From assembly GCA_963779415.1 (NCBI GenBank), contig CAVZYA010000001.1, positions 1,472,001 to 1,536,000 on the forward strand: a DNA stretch of 64,000 nucleotides, given 5' to 3'. The notes beneath the pieces were generated by a model. The model was not told the origin of the DNA. It was given only the letters and a program-made list of their open reading frames with translations, and ran no database searches. This document shows, one piece after another, positions 1-9,852 of this stretch. This DNA comes from an uncultured Acidobacteriota bacterium (GTDB taxonomy: Bacteria; Acidobacteriota; Thermoanaerobaculia; UBA5066). Positions within the stretch are counted from its first letter, which is position 1. Every line of letters starts with the position of its first letter. A program made the translations under genes and the position numbers.

Positions 1-1
1 C

Positions 2-133
2 GACCCCCTCGTGTCGCACCGCTCCTGGACGCGCCTTCTCTGGCGTTTCCTGACCGACCGGAACCTCACTCTCTGGTCGCGGGTCGTCCGCGAGAACCGC
101 GGCGGTATCGCGGTCGCGGCCGAGAGGGCCTAG
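2..133 (+). CDS. 3' end of a fatty acid desaturase, sphingolipid Delta4-desaturase (DES/DEGS)-like; partial
   Basis: Frame from base 2 reads DPLVSHRSWTRLLWRFLTDRNLTLWSRVVRENRGGIAVAAERA* (TAG 131-133). Resembles the H-x-SW...F-x-x-D...SR C-terminus of DES1-type desaturases; only 43 codons visible. Confidence 0.5.
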   Translation, partial: DPLVSHRSWTRLLWRFLTDRNLTLWSRVVRENRGGIAVAAERA

Positions 134-262
134 AGAGAGTCGGGGCTGGCCTCCGCCAGAAGGTGCGGGAAGCTGAAATTCTCCTGAAAAACCCTGAGGA
201 CTCGGGGGCGCTCGTGGCCCACCTTTCCCACGTCCCATCCGGTGGACCGAAAGGAAAAGGCC

Positions 263-1351
263 ATGAGAACACGAGCGAACTTCCTCACGATCCTGGCGGC
301 TCTCCTCGGGGCGCTCGCCCTCGCGGCAGCCCCGGCCGCCGGCGCGCCAGCCGAGAAAGCCCCGGTGACGATCATGACGTGGAACCTCTTCCCCGGCTTC
401 GACGACGGGCCCGTCGTCGCGGCCGCGATGTCGTGCAATTCGGAGGACCCTCCATCCTGCGTGCCTCTGACCGAGGCCGCCACCGTGGCGTGGCAGCAAG
501 TCCATGACACCGATTTTCACAGCCGCGTCCGCGACATCGCCGGCTGGATCCGGCTTGCCCGTCCCGACATCGTCTCGGTCAATGAAGCCGCGCGGTACGT
601 CGCGGCGAACGGGTCGGGGGTCACCGTCGAGACGATCGACTTCCTCGACATCCTCGTCGCCGCCATTCACGACGCGGGAGCATCGTACGAGGTCGTCTCG
701 ACCTCGGAGAACTACGAGATCCCGCTTCCGGTGATGCTCACGGACGGCCTCGGGACGGTCACTCTCCTCGACCGCGACGCCATCCTCGTCCGGACCAGAA
801 ACTCCCCCAACTTCTCAAACCCGCAGAACGGGCACTACACCTACAACCTCGGCCCGCCCGACTTCCCGCTGCCGCTCACCCGGGGCTGGGCGTCGATCGA
901 TATGGCGATCGGCGGGAAGAGCTTCCGGTTCGTGACGTCGCATCTCGAGGATGTCTCCGTAGATCCGGAGAACCTGACGCCGCTTCAGGAGGCCCAGGCC
1001 CAGGAGATGGTCGCAATCGGCCTCTCCGGCGGCATCCCGACGGTCTTCGCGGGGGACTTCAACACGGACGGCTTCCGGAAGTGGCCGACCTACCGGCTCC
1101 TGACGGGCGAACTCGGCCTGGACGACGCGTGGACGATCGCCCATCGGGGCCGCCCGGGCCTCACGTGGGGGAATTCTCCCGACCTCCTCAACCGCTTCCC
1201 CCGCTTCACCCAGCGCCTCGACCTCGTCCTCTTCTCCGGGCATTTCAAGGTCGAAAGCGCCGCCGTCATCGGGAACACACTGCTCGACCGCGCCGTGGCC
1301 GGCATGTGGCCTTCCGACCACGCGGGGCTTCTCGTGACGCTTCTGCCCTGA
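263..1351 (+). CDS. Secreted endonuclease/exonuclease/phosphatase (EEP) family protein
   Basis: ATG 263 after AAGGAAAAGG; signal peptide; motifs MTWN, VNE, SHLE, GDFN, RLD, SDH. Confidence 0.9.
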   Translation: MRTRANFLTILAALLGALALAAAPAAGAPAEKAPVTIMTWNLFPGFDDGPVVAAAMSCNSEDPPSCVPLTEAATVAWQQVHDTDFHSRVRDIAGWIRLARPDIVSVNEAARYVAANGSGVTVETIDFLDILVAAIHDAGASYEVVSTSENYEIPLPVMLTDGLGTVTLLDRDAILVRTRNSPNFSNPQNGHYTYNLGPPDFPLPLTRGWASIDMAIGGKSFRFVTSHLEDVSVDPENLTPLQEAQAQEMVAIGLSGGIPTVFAGDFNTDGFRKWPTYRLLTGELGLDDAWTIAHRGRPGLTWGNSPDLLNRFPRFTQRLDLVLFSGHFKVESAAVIGNTLLDRAVAGMWPSDHAGLLVTLLP

Positions 1352-1379
1352 ACGATCCGGCAGGTTCCGGGGTCCGTGG

Positions 1380-1406
1380 ATCGGGGCGGCTCGAAGCCGC
1401 CCCGAT
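1380..1406. terminator. GC-rich hairpin, probable intrinsic terminator between convergent genes
   Basis: ATCGGGGCGGC-tcgaa-GCCGCCCCGAT perfect 11-bp stem followed by TTCTCTT, between the EEP and ptrB stops. Confidence 0.7.
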
Positions 1407-1414
1407 TTCTCTTC

Positions 1415-3556
1415 CTACTTCGTGATCCCCAGCTCCGTCAGGACGAACGCGTAGTCGAAGGCGCGCTCCTTGTACCGGTCGTAGCGCCCCGAGGAGCCGC
1501 CGTGCCCGCCCGCCATGTTCGTCTTCAGGAGAAGCGGGTTCGAGTCGGTCTTGAGGGTCCGCAACTTCGCGACGTACTTGGCGGGCTCCCAGTACATCAC
1601 CTGGCTGTCGTTGAAAGAGGTCTTCACGAGGAGGGCGGGGTAGGCCTTCGCGGCCAGATTCGTGTAGGGGCAGTATGTCTTCATGTAGCCGTACTCGGCC
1701 TTGATCTTCGGGTTCCCCCACTCCTCGAACTCGCCCACCGTCAGCGGCAGCGTCTCGTCGCTCATCGTGTTGATGACGTCGACGAATGGCACGTACGAGA
1801 CGACGGCCTTGAAGAGGTCGGGGCGCATGTTCGTCACGGCGCCCATCAGGAGGCCGCCGGCGCTCCCGCCGCTGATGACGAGCTCCTCCTTCGAGGTTAC
1901 CTTCTTCGCGACGAGGTCCGCCGCGACGTCGACGAAGTCGTTGAAGGTGTTCTTCTTCGTCATCATCCGCCCGGCGTCGTGCCACGGCTTGCCGAGATCG
2001 CCGCCGCCGCGGACGTGGGCCCAGGCGTAGACGAAGCCACGGTCGAGGAGCGGGAGGAGGGCCGGATTGAACGACGGATCGATCGCGGCGCCGTAAGAGC
2101 CGTACCCGGTGAGGAGCATCGGGAACGGGCCGTCCTTGAGGCCACGCGCGGCGGCGTCCACGGAGGACTTCGCCTTCCATACGAGCGAGACGGGGACCTT
2201 CGTCCCGTCGCGCGCCACGACCCAGATCCGGTCGGAGCGGTAGAGGCCCCGGTCGTAGAGCGGCACCTCGGTCTCCTTCAGGAGCTTCGAGGTCCCCGCC
2301 TTCACGTCGTAGTCGAAGACGGAGTCGGGGGTGACGAACGACTGGTAACGGTACCGGAAGAAGGCCGTGTCGAACTCGCGGTTGTCGGACGGGTGGGTCG
2401 AGTAGGCCGGCTCGGGGAAGGTGACGGACTTCGACGCCCCGGTCGAAAAGTCGGTCACCCTGTACCGGACGAGGCCATCCTCCCGCTCCTCCGCGACCCA
2501 GAAGCTCCCGAAGACGTAGGCGTCCTGGAGCATGACGTTCGGCCGGTGCGGGAGAACCTCCTTCCAGCTCGCCCTCCCCGGGCTCGCGACGGGGGCCGTG
2601 ACTAGGCGGAAGTTCCGGCCTCCAGAGTTCGTCCGAATCCAGAACAGGTCGCCGCGATCCTCCGGGTAGTACTCGTGCTCCGCCTCGCGAGGCAGGAGCA
2701 CCGTCCACGCCCTTTCCGGATGGTGGGCGTCCAGAAAACGGTACTCCGAGGCCGTGTGACTGAACGAGCCGAGGTAGAGGAATCGCAGGCTCCGCGACCG
2801 TGAGACGGAGGAGACGAACCTCTCGTCCTTCTCCTCGAAGACGATCGCGTCCTTCCCGACCGGCTCGCCGAGGCGGTGGCGGTAGATCCGGTAGGGCCGC
2901 TTCGCCGCGTCCTCGACGCCGTAGAAGAGCGTCCTGCCATCGGCCGCCCAGGCGACGGAGGTCGCCTTTTCCACCCGCTCGGGGAGGATCTCCCCCGTCA
3001 CGAGGTTCTTCACCTGCAGACGGTACTGGCGGAAGCCCGTGTTGTCCGTGGAGAAGGCAAGGAGGTTCCCGTCGTCGCTCACGCTGTAAGCGCGGACGGC
3101 CATGAACTTCTCCCCTTCGGCCATCTTGTTGACGTCGAGGACGACCTGCTCGGGCCCTTCGGCCTCTCCCGACCCGGCCGGGAACTTCTTCCGGCAATAA
3201 AAGGGGTACTGCTTCCCCTTTTCGTAGCGCGTGTAATAGAGCCACCCGCCGAACCGGTACGGGACGGAGAGGTCGGTCTCCTTCACGTGGGAGACGATTT
3301 CCTTGTAGAGCGTCTCCTGAAGCGCTTCGGTCCCCTTCATCACCGCGTCGGTGTAAGCGTTCTCGGCGTCGAGGTATGCCTTCACTTCCGGGTCGGGCTT
3401 GTTCCGGAGCCAGAACCAGGGGTCGGTGAGGGTGTCTCCGTTCAGCTCGGTCCGGTGTTCAACCTGACGGGCGACAGGGGGTTTTGGGGCGTCCCCGGCG
3501 AGGAGGGCCCCCGGAAGAACGAAGGAAAGTCCGGCGATCAGCACCAATGTCTTCAC
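1415..3556 (-). CDS. ptrB: Oligopeptidase B (S9A prolyl oligopeptidase family) with signal peptide
   Basis: GYGSYG, HVRGGG, GGSAGG nucleophile, EFEEWGNP, NDSQV, GHGG; GTG start with GGAGGT SD. Confidence 0.93.
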   Translation of the reverse strand: MKTLVLIAGLSFVLPGALLAGDAPKPPVARQVEHRTELNGDTLTDPWFWLRNKPDPEVKAYLDAENAYTDAVMKGTEALQETLYKEIVSHVKETDLSVPYRFGGWLYYTRYEKGKQYPFYCRKKFPAGSGEAEGPEQVVLDVNKMAEGEKFMAVRAYSVSDDGNLLAFSTDNTGFRQYRLQVKNLVTGEILPERVEKATSVAWAADGRTLFYGVEDAAKRPYRIYRHRLGEPVGKDAIVFEEKDERFVSSVSRSRSLRFLYLGSFSHTASEYRFLDAHHPERAWTVLLPREAEHEYYPEDRGDLFWIRTNSGGRNFRLVTAPVASPGRASWKEVLPHRPNVMLQDAYVFGSFWVAEEREDGLVRYRVTDFSTGASKSVTFPEPAYSTHPSDNREFDTAFFRYRYQSFVTPDSVFDYDVKAGTSKLLKETEVPLYDRGLYRSDRIWVVARDGTKVPVSLVWKAKSSVDAAARGLKDGPFPMLLTGYGSYGAAIDPSFNPALLPLLDRGFVYAWAHVRGGGDLGKPWHDAGRMMTKKNTFNDFVDVAADLVAKKVTSKEELVISGGSAGGLLMGAVTNMRPDLFKAVVSYVPFVDVINTMSDETLPLTVGEFEEWGNPKIKAEYGYMKTYCPYTNLAAKAYPALLVKTSFNDSQVMYWEPAKYVAKLRTLKTDSNPLLLKTNMAGGHGGSSGRYDRYKERAFDYAFVLTELGITK

Positions 3557-3668
3557 ACCACCTCCGAGTGCGGAATCCCGCTCACCCTACTACGGGTCCA
3601 AGGGACTCTGTGTTTCCTGATTCGTCCGCATCCCGCGGCGTCCGATCGATTCGGTACCATTCCCCCCG

Positions 3669-4520
3669 ATGGCCCATCGGATCGTCGTCACGGGAGCCGG
3701 AGGACAGCTCGGGAAGGTACTCGTCCGGGATCTCCAGAAAGCGCACGAGGTCTTCGGCCTCACGCGTGAGAGCCTCGACGTGGCGGACCGTGCCGCAGTG
3801 CGCGAGAGAGTCGCGAAGCTCCGGCCCACGGTCGTCGTGAACGGCGCGGCCTTCAACGACGTCGACGGCGCCGAGGACGACCCGAAGGCGGCCATCGCGA
3901 CGAACGGCTTCGGGGTCGGAGCCCTCGCGGACGCCGCGGCGGCGGCGGATGCCATCCTCATCCACTTCTCGAGCGACTTCGTCTTCGACGGCAGGACGAC
4001 GCGCCCCTACACGGAGAAGGATCTCCCGAACCCCCTCAGCCTGTACGGCGCCTCGAAGCTCCTCGGCGACGTCCTCGCCCCGCGCGCGCCGAAGCACTGG
4101 ATCCTTCGTCTCGCGAGCGTCTTCGGCGGCGAAGGGCGGACGAGCAGCATCGGGAAGATGGCCGAAATGCTCGCGAAGGGGGAGCCCGTGAAGGCCTTCT
4201 ACGACCGGACCGTCACGCCGAGCTACGTCGAGGACGTCTCGCGCACCGTCCAGATGCTCTTCGAGCGAAAGCTTCGCTGGGGCCTCTATCACTGCGTCAG
4301 CTCGGGGACGGCCACGTGGCACGAGCTGGCGATGGAGCTGGCCCGGATGATGGGGTCGAAAGCGGCCGTCTCGGCCATCTCGATGGAGAAGGCCGGGCTC
4401 AAGGCGCCCCGCCCCCGATACTGCGCCCTCTCGAACAACCGGCTCGCGGATGCGGGGATCGAGCTTCCGGACTGGCGAAGCACTCTCTACCGGTTCGTGG
4501 AAGCGCGCGCGAAAGCCTGA
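3669..4520 (+). CDS. rfbD: dTDP-4-dehydrorhamnose reductase
   Basis: TGAGGQLG Rossmann motif, SSDFVFDG, YGASK, APRPRYCAL. Confidence 0.88.
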   Translation: MAHRIVVTGAGGQLGKVLVRDLQKAHEVFGLTRESLDVADRAAVRERVAKLRPTVVVNGAAFNDVDGAEDDPKAAIATNGFGVGALADAAAAADAILIHFSSDFVFDGRTTRPYTEKDLPNPLSLYGASKLLGDVLAPRAPKHWILRLASVFGGEGRTSSIGKMAEMLAKGEPVKAFYDRTVTPSYVEDVSRTVQMLFERKLRWGLYHCVSSGTATWHELAMELARMMGSKAAVSAISMEKAGLKAPRPRYCALSNNRLADAGIELPDWRSTLYRFVEARAKA

Positions 4521-4522
4521 CC

Positions 4523-5698
4523 TCAGAACCGGTCGCTCGCCCCTCCCCCGCCGAACGACCCGCCTCCCGGCGTGAAGCGCTCTTCCGGAGGCGGGCCGGT
4601 AGCCGGCGAGAGTGTCGTGGCGACGGGGATTGCCTGCAAGAGGCGCAGTTTCGCTTCGTCGGAAAAAAGCGGTTCGGCCGTGAAGCCCGAGCGCTCCCTT
4701 TCCGGGCCGCGCGAGAGCCACCTCTCGAGAACGAGGGCGAAAGCGAGAAGAACCGCTCCCATCACTCCGAGGATCGCCCAGAGAGGCGCGATGTGAACGT
4801 AGTGCCGCAGGGTGACGACGGATAGGATGAGGAAGACGGCTCCGGAATCGATCAGGAGAAGCCGTCTTGTCCGGATCCCCACGAAGAGGATGGCAGCCGG
4901 CATCAGGGCCGTCGCGATCATCGAGACGACGAGCACCGCACGCGGGGGATCCGTCCACTCGAACCCGGTCCGGAGCCTTTCGATCCACCAGCTCTCGACC
5001 GACCCGTAGTTCACCGCTGCATAGAGCGCGGCGAGTCCGGCGACACAGAGCGCCCCCGCGGAGATCCGGTGCGGCGGGGGCCATGACGGCTCGTCGAGAC
5101 GGCGCCACGCGAGGATCGCCATCCCGGCACCGAAAGCGACCAACAGAAGCCGCCCGTGAGGCTGCCTGCCGAGGAGCAGGAAGAGCGAGACCGCCGAGAA
5201 GAGAGCGAAGACCGGGTTTCCCCACCGCCACGAAGCCACCCCCCAGACGACGGCGGAGACTGCGAGGACGACGATCGTCCCCGGCTCGCCTCGAAGTGCT
5301 CCGAACTCCAGAAAATAGAGTCCCGCGGCGACGACGAGGAGGACACCCGCCCAGAGCGCCGTCGCCCCCGCGCCGCCCCGGAGCGCGAAACGCGGGGAGC
5401 GCTCCTGAAGCTCGGTCGCGTAGACGCACGCCCCCCCCACGAGGAGGCAGACGAAGGCCGCTCCCAGCGCCCCCCGGACTCCGCTCACCGCAAGGGCGAA
5501 AAGAACCCCGAAGACGATGACCGTCACGAAGAGAAAGGTCAGGATCTGCCAGATCGCCGACGGGCGAAGCCTTGGATCCGGGTACTCGCTTCCGATCGCC
5601 TCCTCGGTCCGGAGGTCGATCACCCCCGACTTCCGCCAGAGTCTCGCGGCATGGCGCACGGCGGCCGCACGTTCGAAGGCCGCGGTTCCGGCTCTCAC
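4523..5698 (-). CDS. Multi-pass membrane protein, partner of the DUF2157 gene
   Basis: GTG 5698 overlaps upstream TGA; many hydrophobic segments; C-terminal GGGSFGGGGAS tail. Confidence 0.7.
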   Translation of the reverse strand: MRAGTAAFERAAAVRHAARLWRKSGVIDLRTEEAIGSEYPDPRLRPSAIWQILTFLFVTVIVFGVLFALAVSGVRGALGAAFVCLLVGGACVYATELQERSPRFALRGGAGATALWAGVLLVVAAGLYFLEFGALRGEPGTIVVLAVSAVVWGVASWRWGNPVFALFSAVSLFLLLGRQPHGRLLLVAFGAGMAILAWRRLDEPSWPPPHRISAGALCVAGLAALYAAVNYGSVESWWIERLRTGFEWTDPPRAVLVVSMIATALMPAAILFVGIRTRRLLLIDSGAVFLILSVVTLRHYVHIAPLWAILGVMGAVLLAFALVLERWLSRGPERERSGFTAEPLFSDEAKLRLLQAIPVATTLSPATGPPPEERFTPGGGSFGGGGASDRF

Positions 5699-6668
5699 CG
5701 CTCCCTCATCCTTCGATGCGCGGCGAAAAGAAGCCCGAGGACGCCGGCCGCCGATGCCGTCACGACGAGAAAGAAGGCCGATCCGAGGTGAATCTTCCCG
5801 AACGCTTCGAACAGGAGTCGCAGGGATCCGAAATAGACCGCGACGACCCCCTCGGCGAAGGGGAGCATCCGGGCGCTGTGAAACGCGATCGCGATGATGA
5901 CCGCGGCGACGATGGCCAGGGCCAGCAACCACCAGCCCCAGAGGTACCGGTCGCCGAAGACGCCGGAGAGAAGACCGCCGAGAAGAAGAAGAAGTCCGAA
6001 ATTGATCCACGACGTCCTCGAAATGGGGTTTCCTTCCCGGCCCGGACGAGAAGGACGCCGCCGATGACGAAGAGAAGCCCGCAGACGACGGCGTTCCCTC
6101 GCGTCTCACCGGCGCGCCCGGGCCCGAAAGTCCCGTGCAGAACGTTCACGGAAACGCCTCTCCAGGCGGCGAACGAGCTCAAAGCGAAAGAGAGCGCGAC
6201 CGGGGAGTCCCATCGGAAGGCCGCGGCCCCTGAGAGAAGCGCCACGACAAGGAGGTGATACGGCCAGTCCGGTCCGAGGAGGCGGAACTGCACCTCGACA
6301 TAGGCAAGGTCCGCGGCGACGAGGAGAAGGCCGAGCAGAAGGACGTAGTCGAGGGCGACCCCCGACTCCGCAGCCCGCGCCCACGTGAACGGCGCGGCTC
6401 GCCGGATCACCTGGAAGAAACAGGCGGCGGCGGCGAGACCGAGCGCGGACGCGATCGTCGCCGGGCCGATCCGGCCGTGATTCTCCTTCACGAAGAGCCC
6501 GACGCCCGTCGTCAGGAGGAGGACTCCGAGATAGAGGAGCGTCCGGATCTCGAGCCGGACGGAGACGAGGTCGCCCCGCGCGACACGGAGGAGGTGCGAT
6601 GCCGGCGGGTCGCCGACGACCCCTTTCTCCTTCAGCGAGGAGAGGGCGTCGACGACCTCGGGCTGCAC
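5695..6668 (-). CDS. DUF2157-like membrane protein, two apparent +1 frameshifts near 6035 and 6010
   Basis: SVRLEIRTLLYLGVLLLTTGVG N-terminal motif. Joining frames gives RAG-RKPHFEDV-WINFGLLLLLGG...HRRMRER*. Confidence 0.7.
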
Positions 6669-6680
6669 GGGGCTCTCCGG

Positions 6681-9392
6681 CTACTTGGTCTCGATCCCCT
6701 CGGCGATCGCGACCTTCAGCTTCTGCTTCGCTTTCGTCTTCCCGTACGTCAGCGTCACCGTATAGTCGCCGGGCGGGACGAACTTCGGCTGCTCGCCGAA
6801 GCCCCCGCCTCCCCCGCCCCCGCTCCGCTCTCCGTCCGTCTCCCGGATCGGCCGGAGGTTCCAGACGACGCGACCGAAGCCGGGTGTTCCGGGAGCGTGA
6901 AGCGTGGCGACCTGCTGGTTCTCTCCGTTCGTGATCGCGATCCGGACCTCCTCGCCCGTGAATTCCTTCAGCCAGTAGTTCAGGATCGCCCCTTCCGGCG
7001 GGTTCTGGCCGCGGAAGTGGGCCTTTCCGTTCCACTCGCTCCAGCCGGGAAGCCGGTAGATGCCGAGGGCCGGCCGCGGCTCGAAGAGAACGGCGTCCTT
7101 CTCCCGCGCCTCCTTCGTCGCCTGCGCGAGCGGCGAGACGTCGTCGAGGACCCAGAGGCTCCGCCCGTGCGTCGCGACGACGAGGTCGCCGTCCCGCGGG
7201 TGGATCTTCAGGTCGTCCACGGCGACGGTCGGAAGCCCCCCGAACTTCGTCCAGCTCCCCCCGCGGTCGAGCGAGACGAAGAGGCCGAACTCCGTTCCGG
7301 CGAAGAGAACGTCGGGATTCTTCGGGTGCTCGCGGACGACCTTGGCCGGCCCGTTGGCCGGAAGGTTCGACGCGAGGCTGGTCCACGTCCTGCCGAGGTC
7401 CGCAGTCCGGTAGACGAGCGGCGCCTCGTTCCCCGTCCGGTACGCTTCGACGACGAGGTACGCCACGTTCGCATCGGCCGCCGAGGCCTCGATCGACTGG
7501 ATCCACTCCCCCTTCGCAGCCGCCGGAAGGCCCGCGGTCAGATCGATCCACTTCCCGCCGCCGTTCTCCGTCACCCAGAGCTTTCCGTCGTCGGTCCCGG
7601 CCCAGAGGAGGCCCGCCTTCACCGGAGACTCCGCGAGCGCGTAGACGACGCCGTAGTTCTCCGCCCCGCTCCCGGTCGTGAAGATCTTCTCGGGATCCCG
7701 CGCGGAGAGGTCGGGGCTGACGGGCGTCCACTCCTCGCCCCGCTTCGTCAGGCGGAAGACGCGGTTCCCGGCGAGATAGAGGACGTCCTTCTCGTGGCGG
7801 CTCGCGAAGAAGGGAGCGCACCAGTGGAAGCGGAAGCCCGGCTGTCCTTCTCCCGCCTCCGGGCGGAGACGCTTCGTCTCTCCGTTCCGGAGGTTGAGCC
7901 GGAAGACCGAGCCCCCCTGCGACTCGCCGTAGAGAACGTCCCGGTCCTCGGGGTCGAAGACGTCGTAGAAGCCGTCCCCCCCGCCGAGGTTCGTCCAGTC
8001 TCCGTTCATGATCCCGTCGCGGCTCCTCGTCGCGGAGGGGCCGACCCAGTTCAGGTTGTCCTGGAGGCCGCCGATGATCCGGTACGGGACGGAGTCGTCG
8101 AGCGAGATCCGGTAGTACTCCCCCGCCGCGAAGCGGTCGAGGTGCTGCCAGTTCTTCCCCCCCTCGAGGCTCATGTAGATCCCGCCGTCGTTTCCGAGGA
8201 ACAGGCGCTTCGGGTTCTTCGGATCGATGACCATGGCGTGCCCGTCCGGATGGACCTTGTCGCCGAGATCCTCCCGGAAATTCTGTCCGGCGTCGTCCGA
8301 AACGTAGAACGAGATTCCGAGGACCCAGACCCGCTTGTCGTTCGACGGGTCGACGCGGATCTGGCTGAAGTAGAACGGCCGCGGGTCGAGCGGGTTCGTC
8401 CGAGTCCACGTCTCGCCTCCATCCTCCGACCGGAAGACGCCGCCCCGCTTGCTCTTCGTGTCGCGGATCGTCGCGGTCCCCCCTTCGTCGCTCTGGACGA
8501 TGGCGTAGACGATCTTCGGGTTCTTCCGGAAGACGTCGAGGCCGATCCGCTGCGTCCGCGCCGGAAGACCGTTCGTCAGCTTCTTCCACGTCGCGCCGCC
8601 GTCGAGGGAACGGAAGATCCCGCCGACGTCGCGCCCTCCGGTCTCGTCGGCGCCCGAGACGAACGACCAGGGGGTCCGCTGCCTCGCGTAAAGGACCGCG
8701 TAAACCGTCTCGGGGTTCGAGGGGTCGAGGGCGACGTCGCCGCAGCCGGTCCTTGCATCGTCGGGCGCCGCGGCGGAGAGGACCTTCTTCCACGTCGTTC
8801 CGCCGTCTGCCGTCTTGAAGAGGCCCCGTTCGCCCCCGGGCTGCCAGAGATTTCCCGCCGCGCAGACGTACGCCGTCTTCGGGTCGGTCGGGTGGACGGC
8901 GATCCGGGCGATCGCCTTGCTCGTCGCGAGGCCCACGTTCGTCCACGTCGCCCCGCCGTCCGTCGACCGGTAGACGCCGTCCCCCCAGCCGGAGCTGTTC
9001 CGGTCGTTCGCCTCGCCCGTCCCGACCCAGACGGTCTTCGCATCCGACGGAGCGACCGCAACCGCCCCGATCGAGGCCACCGGCTCCTTATCGAAGACCG
9101 CCTCGAAGCTCCCGCCGTCGTTCACGCTCTTCATCACTCCCCCCGTGGCGAGACCGACCCAGAGCCCGTAAGGGTTCTCGGGATCGAGCGCGATGTCCGA
9201 GACACGCCCGCCCATCAGCGCCGGCCCGATCGACCGGGCCTTGAACGCCTTCAGGCTCGCGGCGGGAAGAGCGGCGGCTGGGGCCGCGCTCACGGCAGGC
9301 GCGGTAGCCGGCCGGGCTTTCGCCTTCGCTTTCTGGGCCGCGAGCGGGAAGGCGAGGAGGAGAGAGGCGAGGAGGAGAGAAGTCTTCTTCAT
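6681..9392 (-). CDS. Secreted VPS10/sortilin-like BNR (Asp-box) repeat beta-propeller, glycosyl-hydrolase-like
   Basis: Signal peptide; RSIGPALMGGR start motif; many S/T-x-DGG-x-TW repeats; GGLQDN, GGGDG, ATHGRS. Confidence 0.88.
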   Translation of the reverse strand: MKKTSLLLASLLLAFPLAAQKAKAKARPATAPAVSAAPAAALPAASLKAFKARSIGPALMGGRVSDIALDPENPYGLWVGLATGGVMKSVNDGGSFEAVFDKEPVASIGAVAVAPSDAKTVWVGTGEANDRNSSGWGDGVYRSTDGGATWTNVGLATSKAIARIAVHPTDPKTAYVCAAGNLWQPGGERGLFKTADGGTTWKKVLSAAAPDDARTGCGDVALDPSNPETVYAVLYARQRTPWSFVSGADETGGRDVGGIFRSLDGGATWKKLTNGLPARTQRIGLDVFRKNPKIVYAIVQSDEGGTATIRDTKSKRGGVFRSEDGGETWTRTNPLDPRPFYFSQIRVDPSNDKRVWVLGISFYVSDDAGQNFREDLGDKVHPDGHAMVIDPKNPKRLFLGNDGGIYMSLEGGKNWQHLDRFAAGEYYRISLDDSVPYRIIGGLQDNLNWVGPSATRSRDGIMNGDWTNLGGGDGFYDVFDPEDRDVLYGESQGGSVFRLNLRNGETKRLRPEAGEGQPGFRFHWCAPFFASRHEKDVLYLAGNRVFRLTKRGEEWTPVSPDLSARDPEKIFTTGSGAENYGVVYALAESPVKAGLLWAGTDDGKLWVTENGGGKWIDLTAGLPAAAKGEWIQSIEASAADANVAYLVVEAYRTGNEAPLVYRTADLGRTWTSLASNLPANGPAKVVREHPKNPDVLFAGTEFGLFVSLDRGGSWTKFGGLPTVAVDDLKIHPRDGDLVVATHGRSLWVLDDVSPLAQATKEAREKDAVLFEPRPALGIYRLPGWSEWNGKAHFRGQNPPEGAILNYWLKEFTGEEVRIAITNGENQQVATLHAPGTPGFGRVVWNLRPIRETDGERSGGGGGGGFGEQPKFVPPGDYTVTLTYGKTKAKQKLKVAIAEGIETK

Positions 9393-9449
9393 CGGGTCAT
9401 CTCCAAAGAAATAAAAATAGGCGCCGAGAATACGCCTCCCGGCGGCCGG

Positions 9450-9829
9450 TCAGCGTCCGTCCACGATCAGCCAGAGCCAGTTCGCGGCGAGGACGAGAAT
9501 CACGGCCGCGCGCGCCCAGCCCGGGATCCGCTCGGGCTCGCGCACGCCGCGCCCGGCGAGCGCGATCGCTCCCGCGACGAGTCCCCCCCGACGAGAAGGA
9601 CGAACGCGGCCGCGACGAGCGGGTTCGCGTGGAAGGCGCCGGCAAGGTCGCCCGAGAGAAGCGCGAGCGCGGCGCGCGTCCCGCCGCAGGTGGGACAGGG
9701 AATACCGGTGATCTCGCGGAAGAAGCAGGAAGGAAGCCGCGTGGCCGCGCCCGGGGCGAAAGGGGAGACGGCGACGAGCGCGAGCGCCGCCGCCCCCCAG
9801 AAGAAGCCGAGCTGGCGCTCGCGGCGCAC
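9450..9829 (-). CDS. DUF2752 membrane protein, frameshift in the G-run near 9585; start uncertain
   Basis: C-x-F...TGIPCPTCGGTRA...GD...AF-x-x-NPL signature; shifted frame continues GLVAGAIALA...LAANWLWLIVDGR*. Confidence 0.75.
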
Positions 9830-9852
9830 CGTCGTCGAACCCCGCTCCCTCT

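Noticed and set aside
6681-9392. Recurring sequence similarity suggesting a DNA repeat array
   Set aside because: These are protein-level BNR/Asp-box repeats; no CRISPR-like repeat-spacer structure was seen anywhere in the window.
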